Counted from the first letter of the stretch, positions 39,506 through 49,533 are shown. The stretch: DNA of 64,000 nt from Gemmatimonas sp. (GCA_965279375.1 OZ257156.1:4480001-4544000); one strand, 5' to 3'. Program-made: numbers and translations. The notes: generated from the letters alone by a model not told the origin.

Positions 39506-41278
39506 CTATGGTGCGCAGGTGAAGGCGCCGCTGTTCACGAGGTTCGCAACAGCTCGGAGCTGCGCGTCCGTGGTCGCCAGGCGTTTCGCGGCGCGCAACG
39601 GAGCGCAGGCTTTGTCTGGCTGATCCGCCATTCCGTACGCCGTGACCATGTACACGTACGCAAACGTGCTATCGGCCGAACTTGTGAGCTTGCCGAGTGC
39701 CGCTTGAAGCTGAGGTATCGCATCACGCGCAACCGCGGGCGCCTCCGCCTCTTCCGCGTTCGCCAATGCGCGCTTGACGGCTTCGAGCGTGCGGCGGGCC
39801 TCCTCCGCGCCAGCAGTCGACGGGGCAGCAGGCGGCGTTGCCGCGGGCGCGGCGTCCACCGTCGCCGGTGCCGATGGCGTTGCCGGCGCTGACGCAGCCG
39901 CGCCGCCGCTTGCTGGCGGCTTGGTGCCGCCCGATGGCGAAGCGTTCGCGGGCGGCGCGGTGACGTTCGGCGGCATCAACGCCGAAACCCCCGCCGAATC
40001 GAGTGCGCCCGGCGTGGCCACAGCGGGAGACCCACTTCCCCGCAGGAAGAACGCCGCCGCTCCTACTACGACGGCGCCCACAACGGCGAACAGCACACCG
40101 CGCGACGATCCGGACGCGGCGGGTGCGGCCCCCGTGCCAGCGGCTGCCGCGGGCGATGCCGCCGCCTTCGCAGGCGAACTCTCTGCCTTCTTGGGTGCGG
40201 TCGTCTCCTTCCACTCCACCGTCGAAGCCACCGCCGGCGCAACCGCCGCGGTGGACATCGGCGTTGGCGAGAGCGCCGCACTCGACAGCGGCGTCCGCGT
40301 GCGCAACACCGACGATCCAATCCACGCTTCGGTCGCCGCGACCACAGCGTCCGCGAAATCGAGTGCCGATGCCGTGCGCGCATCCGGCTCGCGCGCCAGC
40401 GCGCGCGTGAACGCCGCCTGCAACGCCTCGGGCCACGCCACCTCGGGCACGCCCTCGGCGAGCGTGCGCGGATCGCCCACGATGCGCGCGGTCAGACTGC
40501 GCTCCGGTGAGCTCGAATCGAACGGCAGCACGCCCGTGAACATTTGGTAACCAACCAACGCCAACGCGTAGACGTCGCTGCGCGCATCAAGCGGCTCGCC
40601 AAACACCTGCTCGGGGCTCATGAACTCCGGTGTGCCAATCACCGAACCGGCCTGCGTGAGCTGCGTGCGCTGTCCCTGCGTGCCATCCACCACCTTCGCG
40701 ATACCAAAGTCCACCACCTTGGAGCGATCGATGCCGCCCTCTTCGGTGATGACCATGATGTTGTCTGGCTTGAGGTCACGATGCACGATGCTCATGCGAT
40801 GCGCGGCGTCGAGTCCCTCGGCGACCTGGAAGATCAGGTTGGCCGCGCGCGCGGGGGGCAATCGCGGCTGCTCCTCGAGAATGTCGCGCAGCGTTCGCCC
40901 CGGCACGAATTCCATCGCGAGATAGACGAGCCCATTGCTCGTCTCGCCGAAATCGAAGACACGCGCCACACGATCGTGCTCGATGCGCGCCGCGTTGGCC
41001 GCCTCACGGTTAAACCGCGCCACCGCCGCCGAGTCCTGCACCATGCTGGGGTGCAACACCTTAATGGCCGCCTGCTGCGGCAGGCGCACGTGCCCCGCCA
41101 GATACACACGGCCCATGCCGCCCTCGCCCAGCAGCTTGCTGATCAGATAACGATCGGCAATGACGGTACCGATGAGATCGGCATTCGTTTCGTCGGCGCG
41201 GAGCGTGGTGCCGTCAGCGGGGCAGAAGGCGTTGCTGTCTGGATACGTGGTATTGCAGATCGGACAGGTTTTCGGCAT
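39506..41278 (-). CDS. Hanks-type Ser/Thr protein kinase with an N-terminal zinc ribbon, one TM and an extracytoplasmic helical domain
   Basis: CPIC...FCPADG; LGEGGMGRVY, AIKVL, HRDLKPDN, DFGIAK, GTPEFMSPEQ, SDVY. Confidence 0.95.
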   Translation of the reverse strand: MPKTCPICNTTYPDSNAFCPADGTTLRADETNADLIGTVIADRYLISKLLGEGGMGRVYLAGHVRLPQQAAIKVLHPSMVQDSAAVARFNREAANAARIEHDRVARVFDFGETSNGLVYLAMEFVPGRTLRDILEEQPRLPPARAANLIFQVAEGLDAAHRMSIVHRDLKPDNIMVITEEGGIDRSKVVDFGIAKVVDGTQGQRTQLTQAGSVIGTPEFMSPEQVFGEPLDARSDVYALALVGYQMFTGVLPFDSSSPERSLTARIVGDPRTLAEGVPEVAWPEALQAAFTRALAREPDARTASALDFADAVVAATEAWIGSSVLRTRTPLSSAALSPTPMSTAAVAPAVASTVEWKETTAPKKAESSPAKAAASPAAAAGTGAAPAASGSSRGVLFAVVGAVVVGAAAFFLRGSGSPAVATPGALDSAGVSALMPPNVTAPPANASPSGGTKPPASGGAAASAPATPSAPATVDAAPAATPPAAPSTAGAEEARRTLEAVKRALANAEEAEAPAVARDAIPQLQAALGKLTSSADSTFAYVYMVTAYGMADQPDKACAPLRAAKRLATTDAQLRAVANLVNSGAFTCAP

Positions 41279-41367
41279 ACGCTAGTACTTTTATCCTATT
41301 GACGCCGTACCTGAACAAGCACGACGTTAGGGTGGCAGTTCGACGATTCCACTTGAGAGGTGTCTGC

Positions 41368-42093
41368 ATGTCCGTGACGCATACCGGTCGGCGTTGGCCC
41401 GGCCTCCTGCTGGCCGCGAGTCTCGCCGCCGCACTTCCGCTCTCCGCCCAGTCTTCCGCAGCGGATTCGCGGCCGACCGTCGCCATCATGTACTTCAACA
41501 ACGGCTCGATTCTCGACAACGCGTCGTACGCGCCGCTCAGCAAAGGCATGGCCGATATGCTGATCAGCGAGATCGCGCAAAATGGCGCCGTTCGCGTCGT
41601 TGAGCGTGACCGCCTGCAGTCGCTCATCGAAGAGCAGAATCTGCAGAACAGCGATCGGGTGGACAAGGAGACTGCCGTGCGTCTCGGCAAGCTGCTTGGG
41701 GCCCGTCACATTCTGATGGGCGGCTTCGTCATCGACCCCGCCAAGAACATGCGCATCGACGTGCGGTCGGTGAACACGGAGACGTCGGCCATCGAGTACA
41801 CCGAAACGCTGACGGGCAAGTCGGACAAGCTGCTCGAGCTGGTGATTCAGCTGGGCGCCAAGGTCAACGCGGGACTCAAGCTTCCGGCGATGAAGACGGC
41901 CAGCGCGACGATTCCTGCCGCGAAGAGCCCGAACCAGTTCAAGGCGCTGATGGCCATGAGCCAGGCCCTCGAAGCGGAAGACAAGAAGAACCCCGCCGAG
42001 GCGTCGAAGCTCTACAAGAGTGCAGTGGCGCTCAATCCTGATTTCGATCGCGCCAAGTCTCGGCTCGCGTCGCTGGAGAAGATCTCGCGCTAA
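41368..42093 (+). CDS. Exported CsgG/HfaB- or TolB_N-like protein with a C-terminal TPR-like segment
   Basis: Signal peptide; TVAIMYF, VVERDRLQSLIEEQ, AVRLGKLLGARHILMG, RIDVRSVNTET; YKSAVALNPDF. Confidence 0.8.
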   Translation: MSVTHTGRRWPGLLLAASLAAALPLSAQSSAADSRPTVAIMYFNNGSILDNASYAPLSKGMADMLISEIAQNGAVRVVERDRLQSLIEEQNLQNSDRVDKETAVRLGKLLGARHILMGGFVIDPAKNMRIDVRSVNTETSAIEYTETLTGKSDKLLELVIQLGAKVNAGLKLPAMKTASATIPAAKSPNQFKALMAMSQALEAEDKKNPAEASKLYKSAVALNPDFDRAKSRLASLEKISR

Positions 42094-42138
42094 GTCGGAA
42101 GGTCGCTGCCGCACCTCGGTAGCGATGAGAGAAACGAG

Positions 42139-42174
42139 AAGCGCGTGTCGATCGGTCGATCGACACGCGCTTTT
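42139..42174. terminator. Intrinsic terminator between convergent genes
   Basis: Perfect 16-bp inverted repeat AAGCGCGTGTCGATCG-GT-CGATCGACACGCGCTT, then TT. Confidence 0.8.
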
Positions 42175-42213
42175 GTCTGCCTAGGCTTCGAGGAACGCAC
42201 CGCCGAATGGCGC

Positions 42214-45200
42214 CTAGTTTTCCTTGAAGGCCACGGTGATTGCCAGCGGTCCATTCGCCATCGGCGTGCACACGGCGCCGGTCTGCACCGCCGCCGGCGC
42301 GCAGTCGCCGCCCCAACGATCGAAGACGGTCTCGGCGCCCGGCAGCGCCGCAATGCGAAGTGCGGTTCCCATCGGAACCATCACGGTGCACTTGTTCGAC
42401 TGATTGGGCGCCGTGATCGCGCACGCCGTCGTTCCGTTCAAAGTCACGGTGCCGCTCGTACCACGGATCGCCGTCACCGTGATCTCCACTGGCACGAGCA
42501 GATCGAACGTGCCCGACACCGCCGCGGCGACAGTCGGCGTGAGGGTGCACGACGTGGCACCGACACACGCTCCGGTGAATCCTGAGAACGCCGACTCTGC
42601 GCCCGGCACCGCCGTCAGCACGACGGGCGCGCCGATCGTGACGAGGCGCGCGCAGGTGGCACTGCCCCGCGACACCGTCAGCGCGCAGAACGGCGCGCCG
42701 TCGATGAGCACCGAACCACCGCCCTGCCCCGAGAGCGAAAGCGTCAGCGGCACCTGCCGCTGGGTGAACGTTGCCCCCACGGTGCGAGCCGCGGTGATGG
42801 CCAGCGTGCAGCGTCCGGTGCCGCCGCAATCACCCGAGAACGCATCGAAGCTCGAGCCAACCGACGCAGCGCCCTGCAAAACCACACTCGATCCGACATC
42901 GGTCAGTCGCGTGCACGTCACCGTTGACTGACCGAGCGCCAACGCGCACGCCACCGAGCCGTCGACTGAAATGCTGCCGGCGCCGGTACCAGTCAGCGTC
43001 ATCGTGAGCGGAACCTGACGACGGCGGAAGGACGCCGTTGCGGTCATCGGTGACGCGACCGAGAGCGAGCAGGTCGCGCCGCCGATGCAGGCACCACCAA
43101 ATCCATCGAACAGCGACTCCGTTGTCGGCGTGGCGCCGAGCACAATCGTCGAGCCGACATCCACCAGCCGCGTGCAGGAGGATGCACCCTGCGTGAGCGT
43201 CATCGAGCACGCGGGCGCGCCATCGACCGTCACCGCACCGGCACCCGTGCCACTCAACTGCAGCGTCAGCTGCACCTGGCGACGCGTCATCGTCACGGAC
43301 ACGGTACGCGGCGCGTTCATCGTCACGTTGCAGTTGAAGCCACTGCAATCGCCGCCGAATCCGCCAAAGGTCGATTCAGCACCGGGCGACGTCGAGAAGC
43401 TGACGACGGTGCCAGCGTTGACCAACCGCGTGCACGTCACGGCAGTCTGTGCGAGCGTGGAGGCGCAACTGCCGCCGTCCGATGCGGTCACGCCACCCGA
43501 ACCAGTGCCAGTCAGTGCAACGGTCAGCGGGTACTGCGTGACGCTGAAGGTCAGGCTGACTGTTTGCGGCGCGTTCATCGAGACCGTGCACGCGCCGGTG
43601 CCAGTGCAAGCGCCGCCAAAGCTGGCGAACTGCGAACTGGTCGCCGCCGTGGGCACCACCGTCACCGACGAACCCGCATCGAAGGTCTGCGTGCAGCTCG
43701 TCGTGGTTTGCTGCGAGGACAACGTGCAAACGAAGCCGCCCGGCAGTGTGGCGCTGCCCTGGCCGGGACCGTTGAGCACCAGCGTCAATGCCACCTGCCG
43801 CCGACCGAATGTCGCGACGACGTTGCGCGTTTGCGAGAGCGTGGTGGTGCAGGTGTTGGACTGTCCGCTGCACGCGCCGCTCCATGCGGTGAAGCTGGAG
43901 TTCGCGTCGGGAATGGCGGTGAGCGTGATCGACGTGCCGAAGGTCGCGGCCTCGGTGCACGTGCCGGTGTTCGCCCCTGCCGCTCGCGCGCACGCGATCG
44001 TCGAACCGCCAGTGACCAATCCGCTGCCGACGCCTGCTGGCGTCACCGTGATGCGCTGGGCATCGAAGAATCGCGCCGAGGCGGATACGGCGGCCGCGCC
44101 CGGCGTCACGGTGCACGTCGCACCGGTCGCACTCGCGCAGTCGGCGCCCCACCCCGCAAAGAATTGCTGTGTGCCACCCGTCGGCAGCGGCTCGCCAACG
44201 GCGGTGAGCTGATACGGCGCGCCTTCGGGCGTATCGACGGCGCAGGTGCCCGAGGTCGCAGTCGGTGTGATGCGGCAATCCAATCCGTTCGCTCCGGTTA
44301 CCCGACCACGACCGTCGGTGCCTGCGGCCGCGCTCACCGTCAGCCGGCGGAGCGCGGCGAATCGCGCGGTCGCGACACGAGCCTGCGACATCGTGACCAC
44401 GCACGTCGTGGAGTTCGTCGCCGATGCGCACGCATCACTCCACGCACCGAACGCGCTGCCCGGATCGGCCGTGGAGGTCAACGAAACCGTGGACTCGCCG
44501 GTGAACGAGAACGCGCAGGTTCCGCTCAATGCGGCGCCGGCCACCTTGCAATCGATACCCGCCGGCGTCGAGCGAACCGTGCCCGTGCCCGCACCGGTAC
44601 CCACGTTGATCGTCAACAGGACGGGAGGGCGCTGCACGCGCACCGACACCACCTTGATCAGCGTGCCAATGCGCGCGGAGATCCGGGCCGTGCCCAGCGA
44701 CACGCCGGTGATCACGCCCGTTGCGCCATTCACCGTCGCAACCGTCGGCTCGTCCGAGCTCCACACGACACTGCGATCGGTCACCAGCTGTCCGCGCGTA
44801 TCGAGCACGCGCGAAGTGAGCGTGGTGGTTGCGCCAAGAATCACCGGCACCACGTCCGTCGCCTGCACCACTGCGCTGCCACCCTGCAGCACTTCCACCG
44901 ACGCCAAGTCGATGAGCGTCACCGGCTGCGTCACCGTCGTCGTCAACCCGGGCGCAAGGCGCAGCGGACCAACGACCTGCTCATCGACGATGGAGCCATT
45001 CACCAACAACGAGAGATTGAGCACCACCGCACAGGAGGCGCTGGTGCTGTTGCCGCTCGCGCTCACATCGCGCGCCGGATCGGACAGACAGGTGCCGACA
45101 TCGACAGGAATCGGCACCGCTTGCGACGACTCGCTCGTGAGTGTCAGCACCTGTGACCCGATGCGGACGCTGCTGCCGTCCTGCCGCAGATACGAGGCCA

Positions 45201-45432
45201 CGACGTTGAGCGACACGACGTCGGTCGCGGTGGCAACCTTCCGCGGCACGCTCGCCGTGAAAGCGATCGTCGCCGGACCCGCCGAGCCTTTCTTGCCTGG
45301 CGAGAGCATGTCACCGCAGGCCGCCGTCACCGCGAGCGGCAAGACCAGCGCCGCGATGCGCCATTGGCTCGCACGTCGGAGAACGGAGTGACACAGTGCC
45401 TGCAGCTGCATGGACATCGAGAAGGTGCGCAT
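42214..45432 (-). CDS. Large surface lipoprotein: Big_2-like Ig domain plus nine Cys-containing InlB B-repeat-like units (start 45432-45447)
   Basis: Lipobox TAAC; VVWSSDEPTVATV...G..TGVSLG; nine ~88-aa units LT....G.G.G.V...C..C....F..(W/F).G.C...C. Confidence 0.82.
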   Translation of the reverse strand: MRTFSMSMQLQALCHSVLRRASQWRIAALVLPLAVTAACGDMLSPGKKGSAGPATIAFTASVPRKVATATDVVSLNVVASYLRQDGSSVRIGSQVLTLTSESSQAVPIPVDVGTCLSDPARDVSASGNSTSASCAVVLNLSLLVNGSIVDEQVVGPLRLAPGLTTTVTQPVTLIDLASVEVLQGGSAVVQATDVVPVILGATTTLTSRVLDTRGQLVTDRSVVWSSDEPTVATVNGATGVITGVSLGTARISARIGTLIKVVSVRVQRPPVLLTINVGTGAGTGTVRSTPAGIDCKVAGAALSGTCAFSFTGESTVSLTSTADPGSAFGAWSDACASATNSTTCVVTMSQARVATARFAALRRLTVSAAAGTDGRGRVTGANGLDCRITPTATSGTCAVDTPEGAPYQLTAVGEPLPTGGTQQFFAGWGADCASATGATCTVTPGAAAVSASARFFDAQRITVTPAGVGSGLVTGGSTIACARAAGANTGTCTEAATFGTSITLTAIPDANSSFTAWSGACSGQSNTCTTTLSQTRNVVATFGRRQVALTLVLNGPGQGSATLPGGFVCTLSSQQTTTSCTQTFDAGSSVTVVPTAATSSQFASFGGACTGTGACTVSMNAPQTVSLTFSVTQYPLTVALTGTGSGGVTASDGGSCASTLAQTAVTCTRLVNAGTVVSFSTSPGAESTFGGFGGDCSGFNCNVTMNAPRTVSVTMTRRQVQLTLQLSGTGAGAVTVDGAPACSMTLTQGASSCTRLVDVGSTIVLGATPTTESLFDGFGGACIGGATCSLSVASPMTATASFRRRQVPLTMTLTGTGAGSISVDGSVACALALGQSTVTCTRLTDVGSSVVLQGAASVGSSFDAFSGDCGGTGRCTLAITAARTVGATFTQRQVPLTLSLSGQGGGSVLIDGAPFCALTVSRGSATCARLVTIGAPVVLTAVPGAESAFSGFTGACVGATSCTLTPTVAAAVSGTFDLLVPVEITVTAIRGTSGTVTLNGTTACAITAPNQSNKCTVMVPMGTALRIAALPGAETVFDRWGGDCAPAAVQTGAVCTPMANGPLAITVAFKEN

Positions 45433-45443
45433 GTGAGTGCGCC

Positions 45444-46736
45444 TCAAAAGCGAGACGAAATGACGAGGCCGAGTCCGGCCCCGGTAAACGAGCGTGACGG
45501 CTTGTTTCCTGTTGGCGTGCGCTGAGTGAGCACGCCCCCCTGTGCGCGTACGTACGGCTGCACCGACATCAGGCTGCGACGCAAGTTCACGCCGAACGTC
45601 AGCGTCGCGCTACGCACCCCAGCAGTCGGCAATCCAAGGTCGACGCCGAGCCCGGAGTGCCAACGCGCGTCGGTCGAAATTACGAAGTCACGTCCGACTG
45701 CCCACGGCAACACGGTGCGCGCGCCTACATCGACGTACTGACCACCGGACTTCTCCACCGTCAGCCCATCTCGCGCGAAGGGCGCCCGCCAGCGATACGC
45801 GGTGTATGCGAGCAACTCACGCACATGCGGCGCCGCAATCTGCAACTGCGCATCCGCACTCAGCACGGGCCCAAGCCGGACCGACGCGATACTCGGCCCG
45901 CCACGCCCGGCCGCATCTGTCGCAATATCGGTCGTCAGCTTGTCCTCGGCGAATACATCTGCGGCAAGCGCGACGATCAACCGATTGGCGCCAACGGTCC
46001 GATCGCCGCTGACCGACGCGCGAATGACTCCGCCGGGGGTGAAGTCGGCCGTGGAGGCTCCCACCGTCAGCGCGGCGAGCGGCTGGTAGCGTCCGCGCAC
46101 CTCGTACGAACCGCCGTAGGCCATCGCCCACTTGCCCAGCTGCTGCGGCACGACGAAGCCGAGCGTTCCGCTGGGGCCGGAGCCGACCGAAGTGCTGCCC
46201 ATGCCGAGCGCCGGCGCACCAAGCACGCGCAGCGTGGCGAACTCCGGCACCGAGAGCGCAGTACGCCCAGTCGGTGCATTGAGCCCCACCGTGAAAATCA
46301 GGCCATCGCCCCACACCCGCCCGGAAGCGCGAACGCGCACATCACTGACGCCGCCGAGCGACGCGGTGCGTGTGCCGCCCTGTGCCGCGGGGTCGGTATA
46401 GGTGATGCTGCCACGCGAATACAGCGCAGTGATATCCATTCGCCAGCCGCCGATCGGGACCGCCGTGGTAATCGGCAACGTGAACTGCTGCACCTTGGTC
46501 AACCGTGTGGAGTCGAGCCCTGCGAAGCCCGTCTGCGGAATGCCGCCGCCACCGAACGAGATCGATTCGAAGGACATGCCCGCGCCGAGCGCACGCGTCC
46601 CGACGAGACGATCCTGCGCGTGCGCGGAGCCGGCGGTCATGAGCATCGCGGCGACGAGGGTCGCCCACGGCGCGACGAACCAGCGCTGATCGACTGCCTC
46701 GGTCCGCAACGCCGCGTGGGGCGCCTCATGATTCAT
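45444..46736 (-). CDS. Putative outer-membrane beta-barrel protein
   Basis: Signal peptide (AHA-QD), many alternating-polarity strands, C-terminal GLVISSRF. Confidence 0.6.
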   Translation of the reverse strand: MNHEAPHAALRTEAVDQRWFVAPWATLVAAMLMTAGSAHAQDRLVGTRALGAGMSFESISFGGGGIPQTGFAGLDSTRLTKVQQFTLPITTAVPIGGWRMDITALYSRGSITYTDPAAQGGTRTASLGGVSDVRVRASGRVWGDGLIFTVGLNAPTGRTALSVPEFATLRVLGAPALGMGSTSVGSGPSGTLGFVVPQQLGKWAMAYGGSYEVRGRYQPLAALTVGASTADFTPGGVIRASVSGDRTVGANRLIVALAADVFAEDKLTTDIATDAAGRGGPSIASVRLGPVLSADAQLQIAAPHVRELLAYTAYRWRAPFARDGLTVEKSGGQYVDVGARTVLPWAVGRDFVISTDARWHSGLGVDLGLPTAGVRSATLTFGVNLRRSLMSVQPYVRAQGGVLTQRTPTGNKPSRSFTGAGLGLVISSRF

Positions 46737-47761
46737 GGACGACGGATGGTCACCACGACGGTGACGACCGTGCTCGGGAAGGAGGGATCACCCACTCCGC
46801 CCGAAGGACGTGTCAGCGACGTGATGAAGTCGAGCGGGCGATTCAGCCGATCGATCGTGCCCGTCTCCGGCGCGTTGATCGCCCGTACACCCGGCAGCAG
46901 CGCCGGAGGAACCGCCGCTGCCCGCGCGATGCTCTTGAGCTGCGACGCTCGGTCGCCCGCCGCCTGAAACGTCGGCGTCAGACGCGAGGCCTGCTCGAAC
47001 TCCTGAATCGCGCGCCGCCGATCACCGGCGAGCTCCGCCTGCACTCCGCGACCATACGCCGTCAGCGAGGCGAGGCCGACCGCCGGGCGATCCTCGATGC
47101 GCGCCCGCTCCGCCGGAGTGAGCGTGACCCCCAGTGCCTCGAACAGTCGGAACGCCACGGCCTTTTCCGCCGCCAGGATATCCGCGAACGAAGCGCGTGC
47201 GTCGAGCGCGGACTCCAACTCGCCCGTCTCGACATCCGCCACCCGCGCCGACAATCGCAGCTCACCACTGGGCAGCGTGTCGAGTGCGCCGAGCACGAGG
47301 CGCCGGGCGCGCAACAGCTGACCAACGCGCGGCGCCGTCGAAGAATCGACTCGGCCGGTCTTCGTCAGGTCGAGCTCGCGGAGCACCTCGCTCAGACGCG
47401 AACGCTCCACCAGCTGCAGCTGCGCGCTGCGCGACAGGTCGGTGACGAGCAAATCGGAGAGCGCGAAGCCCAGGGAGGTGAGGCGCGCGTCGTTGGAGCT
47501 GAGGCGAAAGGGCGTGACGCCGACCGTGCCCGCGGCTGCACCGGCGCCACGTTCACGAGCAAGCGCGGCGGCAGATGCCGAGTCGATGGCGACGCGGCTG
47601 GTGACGGCGGGCGTGCGGGGACCGGCGGAGGCGCAGGCGCCGAGCAGGAGCGCGCCAATCGATGCGACGCCTAACGTCGCGATGCCGCGGATCGGCAGGC
47701 GTGCTCCAGTCTGCTCGCGGCGTCGCACCAGTCCAACGGACCATGCGGACTTCGGTGTCAT
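46733..47761 (-). CDS. CsgG/HfaB-like lipoprotein with a TPR-like segment (start uncertain)
   Basis: Lipobox LGAC; TVGVTPF, LVERSRLSEVLREL, TAPRVGQLLRA, RLSARVADVETG; AYGRG...FEQASRLTPTF. Confidence 0.78.
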   Translation of the reverse strand: MTPKSAWSVGLVRRREQTGARLPIRGIATLGVASIGALLLGACASAGPRTPAVTSRVAIDSASAAALARERGAGAAAGTVGVTPFRLSSNDARLTSLGFALSDLLVTDLSRSAQLQLVERSRLSEVLRELDLTKTGRVDSSTAPRVGQLLRARRLVLGALDTLPSGELRLSARVADVETGELESALDARASFADILAAEKAVAFRLFEALGVTLTPAERARIEDRPAVGLASLTAYGRGVQAELAGDRRRAIQEFEQASRLTPTFQAAGDRASQLKSIARAAAVPPALLPGVRAINAPETGTIDRLNRPLDFITSLTRPSGGVGDPSFPSTVVTVVVTIRRP

Positions 47762-47833
47762 CTCTTCAAACGGATCGTGAGGGCCACCGCGCCGTTCAGG
47801 CGCGGTAGTGCAGATCACCATATACGAGAGGGA

Positions 47834-47862
47834 AAGGTGCCCCCCCCTCCAACGAGCGTCAA
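47834..47862 (-). promoter_or_regulatory. Candidate sigma70 promoter TTGACG-N17-CACCTT with a G8 tract in the spacer
   Basis: Minus strand reads TTGACG CTCGTTGGAGGGGGGGG CACCTT. Confidence 0.35.
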
Positions 47863-47903
47863 GAATAATTTGACCTATACGAAGCGAAGATTTCCTTCAC
47901 GTT

Positions 47904-49490
47904 TCACGGGCGGCGTGCACGGGCCTTCGTGGGTGCACTTTCCTCTCCGAAACGATCGACGGCCGTCACGATCACAACGGGTCGCGCCCCATCGCCCGCC
48001 GGCGCGATAACCACGCGCCGCTGCGATCCCGGGAGCACACGCTGTCTCCACCCGCTATCGGTTCGGACATGCACGGTCCACCACGCCACGGCCGAGCCCG
48101 CTAACGGAGCGAGCGACAGTACGACTTCTCCCGTCGCCGGGTCGTCACCAAGCGTCGCCCGGGGCGACGGCATCCGCTTGCGCGAGAGCCATGGCGATGC
48201 AGGCACCAGAGCGTCCGCGCCATAGAGCTCGCTCACGAGGCGTTCCGCCAAGGCCGCGGCGGCGGCCTCCCTGGGAGGCTGCGTGGCCACACCCACCAGG
48301 ACGCTGTCTCGGCGCACTGTTGCCGCTGGCATCAGCGCGCGCATGGAAAACAGCACATCACCGGTCGCCGCTGTCGCCCGGGTCGCCCGGATCTGCGCAT
48401 TCAGTTCGCCCGGACCCCAGGTACCGCCCGCCGCCGCACGGCTTGCGTTGTGCCCGGGCCAGATGTGGCGCCCTTTGGCGTTCTCGCCAAGCCACCAATC
48501 GAGGAGCACCGGGTAGCTCTGCGCGGTCTGCGCGATCGGCCAGTAGAGCTGCGGCGTGAAGTAGTCGATCCACCCCTCGCGCAGCCATCGACGTGAATCG
48601 CCGTACAGCTTGTCGTACGAGTCGAAGCCCTTGATCTGCGCCGGATTGCCCGGGCGCCAGATGCCGAACGGACTGATTCCGACTTTAACCCACGGTTTGA
48701 GCGACTTCGTGCGCATGTAGAGCAGCTGCACGAGCGTGTCCACGTTGTGGCGACGCCAGTCATTGCGATCGAGCCGACCGCCGCGAGCACGATAGGCCCG
48801 ATAGCTCGACGAGTCGGGGAATGGCACCTCGACGGTGTCCGGCCCAACCTCGGGATACGGGTAGAAGTAATCGTCGATGTGAATGCCATCGACGTCGTAG
48901 CGCTTGACCACGTCGAGCATGACGCGCAGCGACTGCTGCAGCACCTTGGGCTCGCCCGGATCCATCCAGAGATACTTGCCGTAACGACGCACGAGCTCCG
49001 GGTGCGCTTCGCTGATGTGCGTCTTGGCCGAGGGGCTGAACGCACTCGCGTGGCGGGCGCGATACGGATTGAACCACGCGTGCAGCTCGAGCCCGCGCGC
49101 ATGCGCCGCTTCCACCGCGAAGGTGAGCGGATCGTAGTACGGCTCGGGCGCGCGCCCTTCGAGGCCGGTGAGATACGCGGACCACGGCTCGAAGGGCGAG
49201 TCGTACAGCGCGTCGGCGGCGGGACGGACCTGCAGCATCACGGCGTTCAGATGCAGCGCTTTCGCTCGATCGAGGATCGCCAGCAATTCCGATTGCTGCT
49301 CGAACGACGACAGCCCTGGCTTGGACGGCCAATCGATGTTGGCCACGCTGGCCACCCAGACGCCTCGAAACTCACGCGCGATGGGCGGCGGCATGTCGGG
49401 CGACTGCGCCCGCACGAATGGCGCAGCGCTAAAACACGCGAGCGTCGCGAGCTCGAGGGCCCAACGACGCACGAATGGAGAACGATTCAC
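47904..49490 (-). CDS. GHL10/YddW (DigH)-like glycoside hydrolase
   Basis: REFRGVWVASVANIDWPS, QVRP, ELHAWFNPYR, DGIHIDDYFYPY, PQLYW. Confidence 0.9.
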   Translation of the reverse strand: MNRSPFVRRWALELATLACFSAAPFVRAQSPDMPPPIAREFRGVWVASVANIDWPSKPGLSSFEQQSELLAILDRAKALHLNAVMLQVRPAADALYDSPFEPWSAYLTGLEGRAPEPYYDPLTFAVEAAHARGLELHAWFNPYRARHASAFSPSAKTHISEAHPELVRRYGKYLWMDPGEPKVLQQSLRVMLDVVKRYDVDGIHIDDYFYPYPEVGPDTVEVPFPDSSSYRAYRARGGRLDRNDWRRHNVDTLVQLLYMRTKSLKPWVKVGISPFGIWRPGNPAQIKGFDSYDKLYGDSRRWLREGWIDYFTPQLYWPIAQTAQSYPVLLDWWLGENAKGRHIWPGHNASRAAAGGTWGPGELNAQIRATRATAATGDVLFSMRALMPAATVRRDSVLVGVATQPPREAAAAALAERLVSELYGADALVPASPWLSRKRMPSPRATLGDDPATGEVVLSLAPLAGSAVAWWTVHVRTDSGWRQRVLPGSQRRVVIAPAGDGARPVVIVTAVDRFGEESAPTKARARRP

Positions 49491-49533
49491 AGGAGCGAGC
49501 CGGAAAGGCAGCGCGTCGGCTACTTCGAGTCGA

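Noticed and set aside
41299..41333. sigma70 promoter starting at TTGACG (41299)
   Set aside because: No convincing -10 at 16-18 bp spacing.
41368..47761. Curli biogenesis operon
   Set aside because: No curlin-repeat subunits or CsgE/CsgF; the CsgG-like proteins carry TPR-like extensions.
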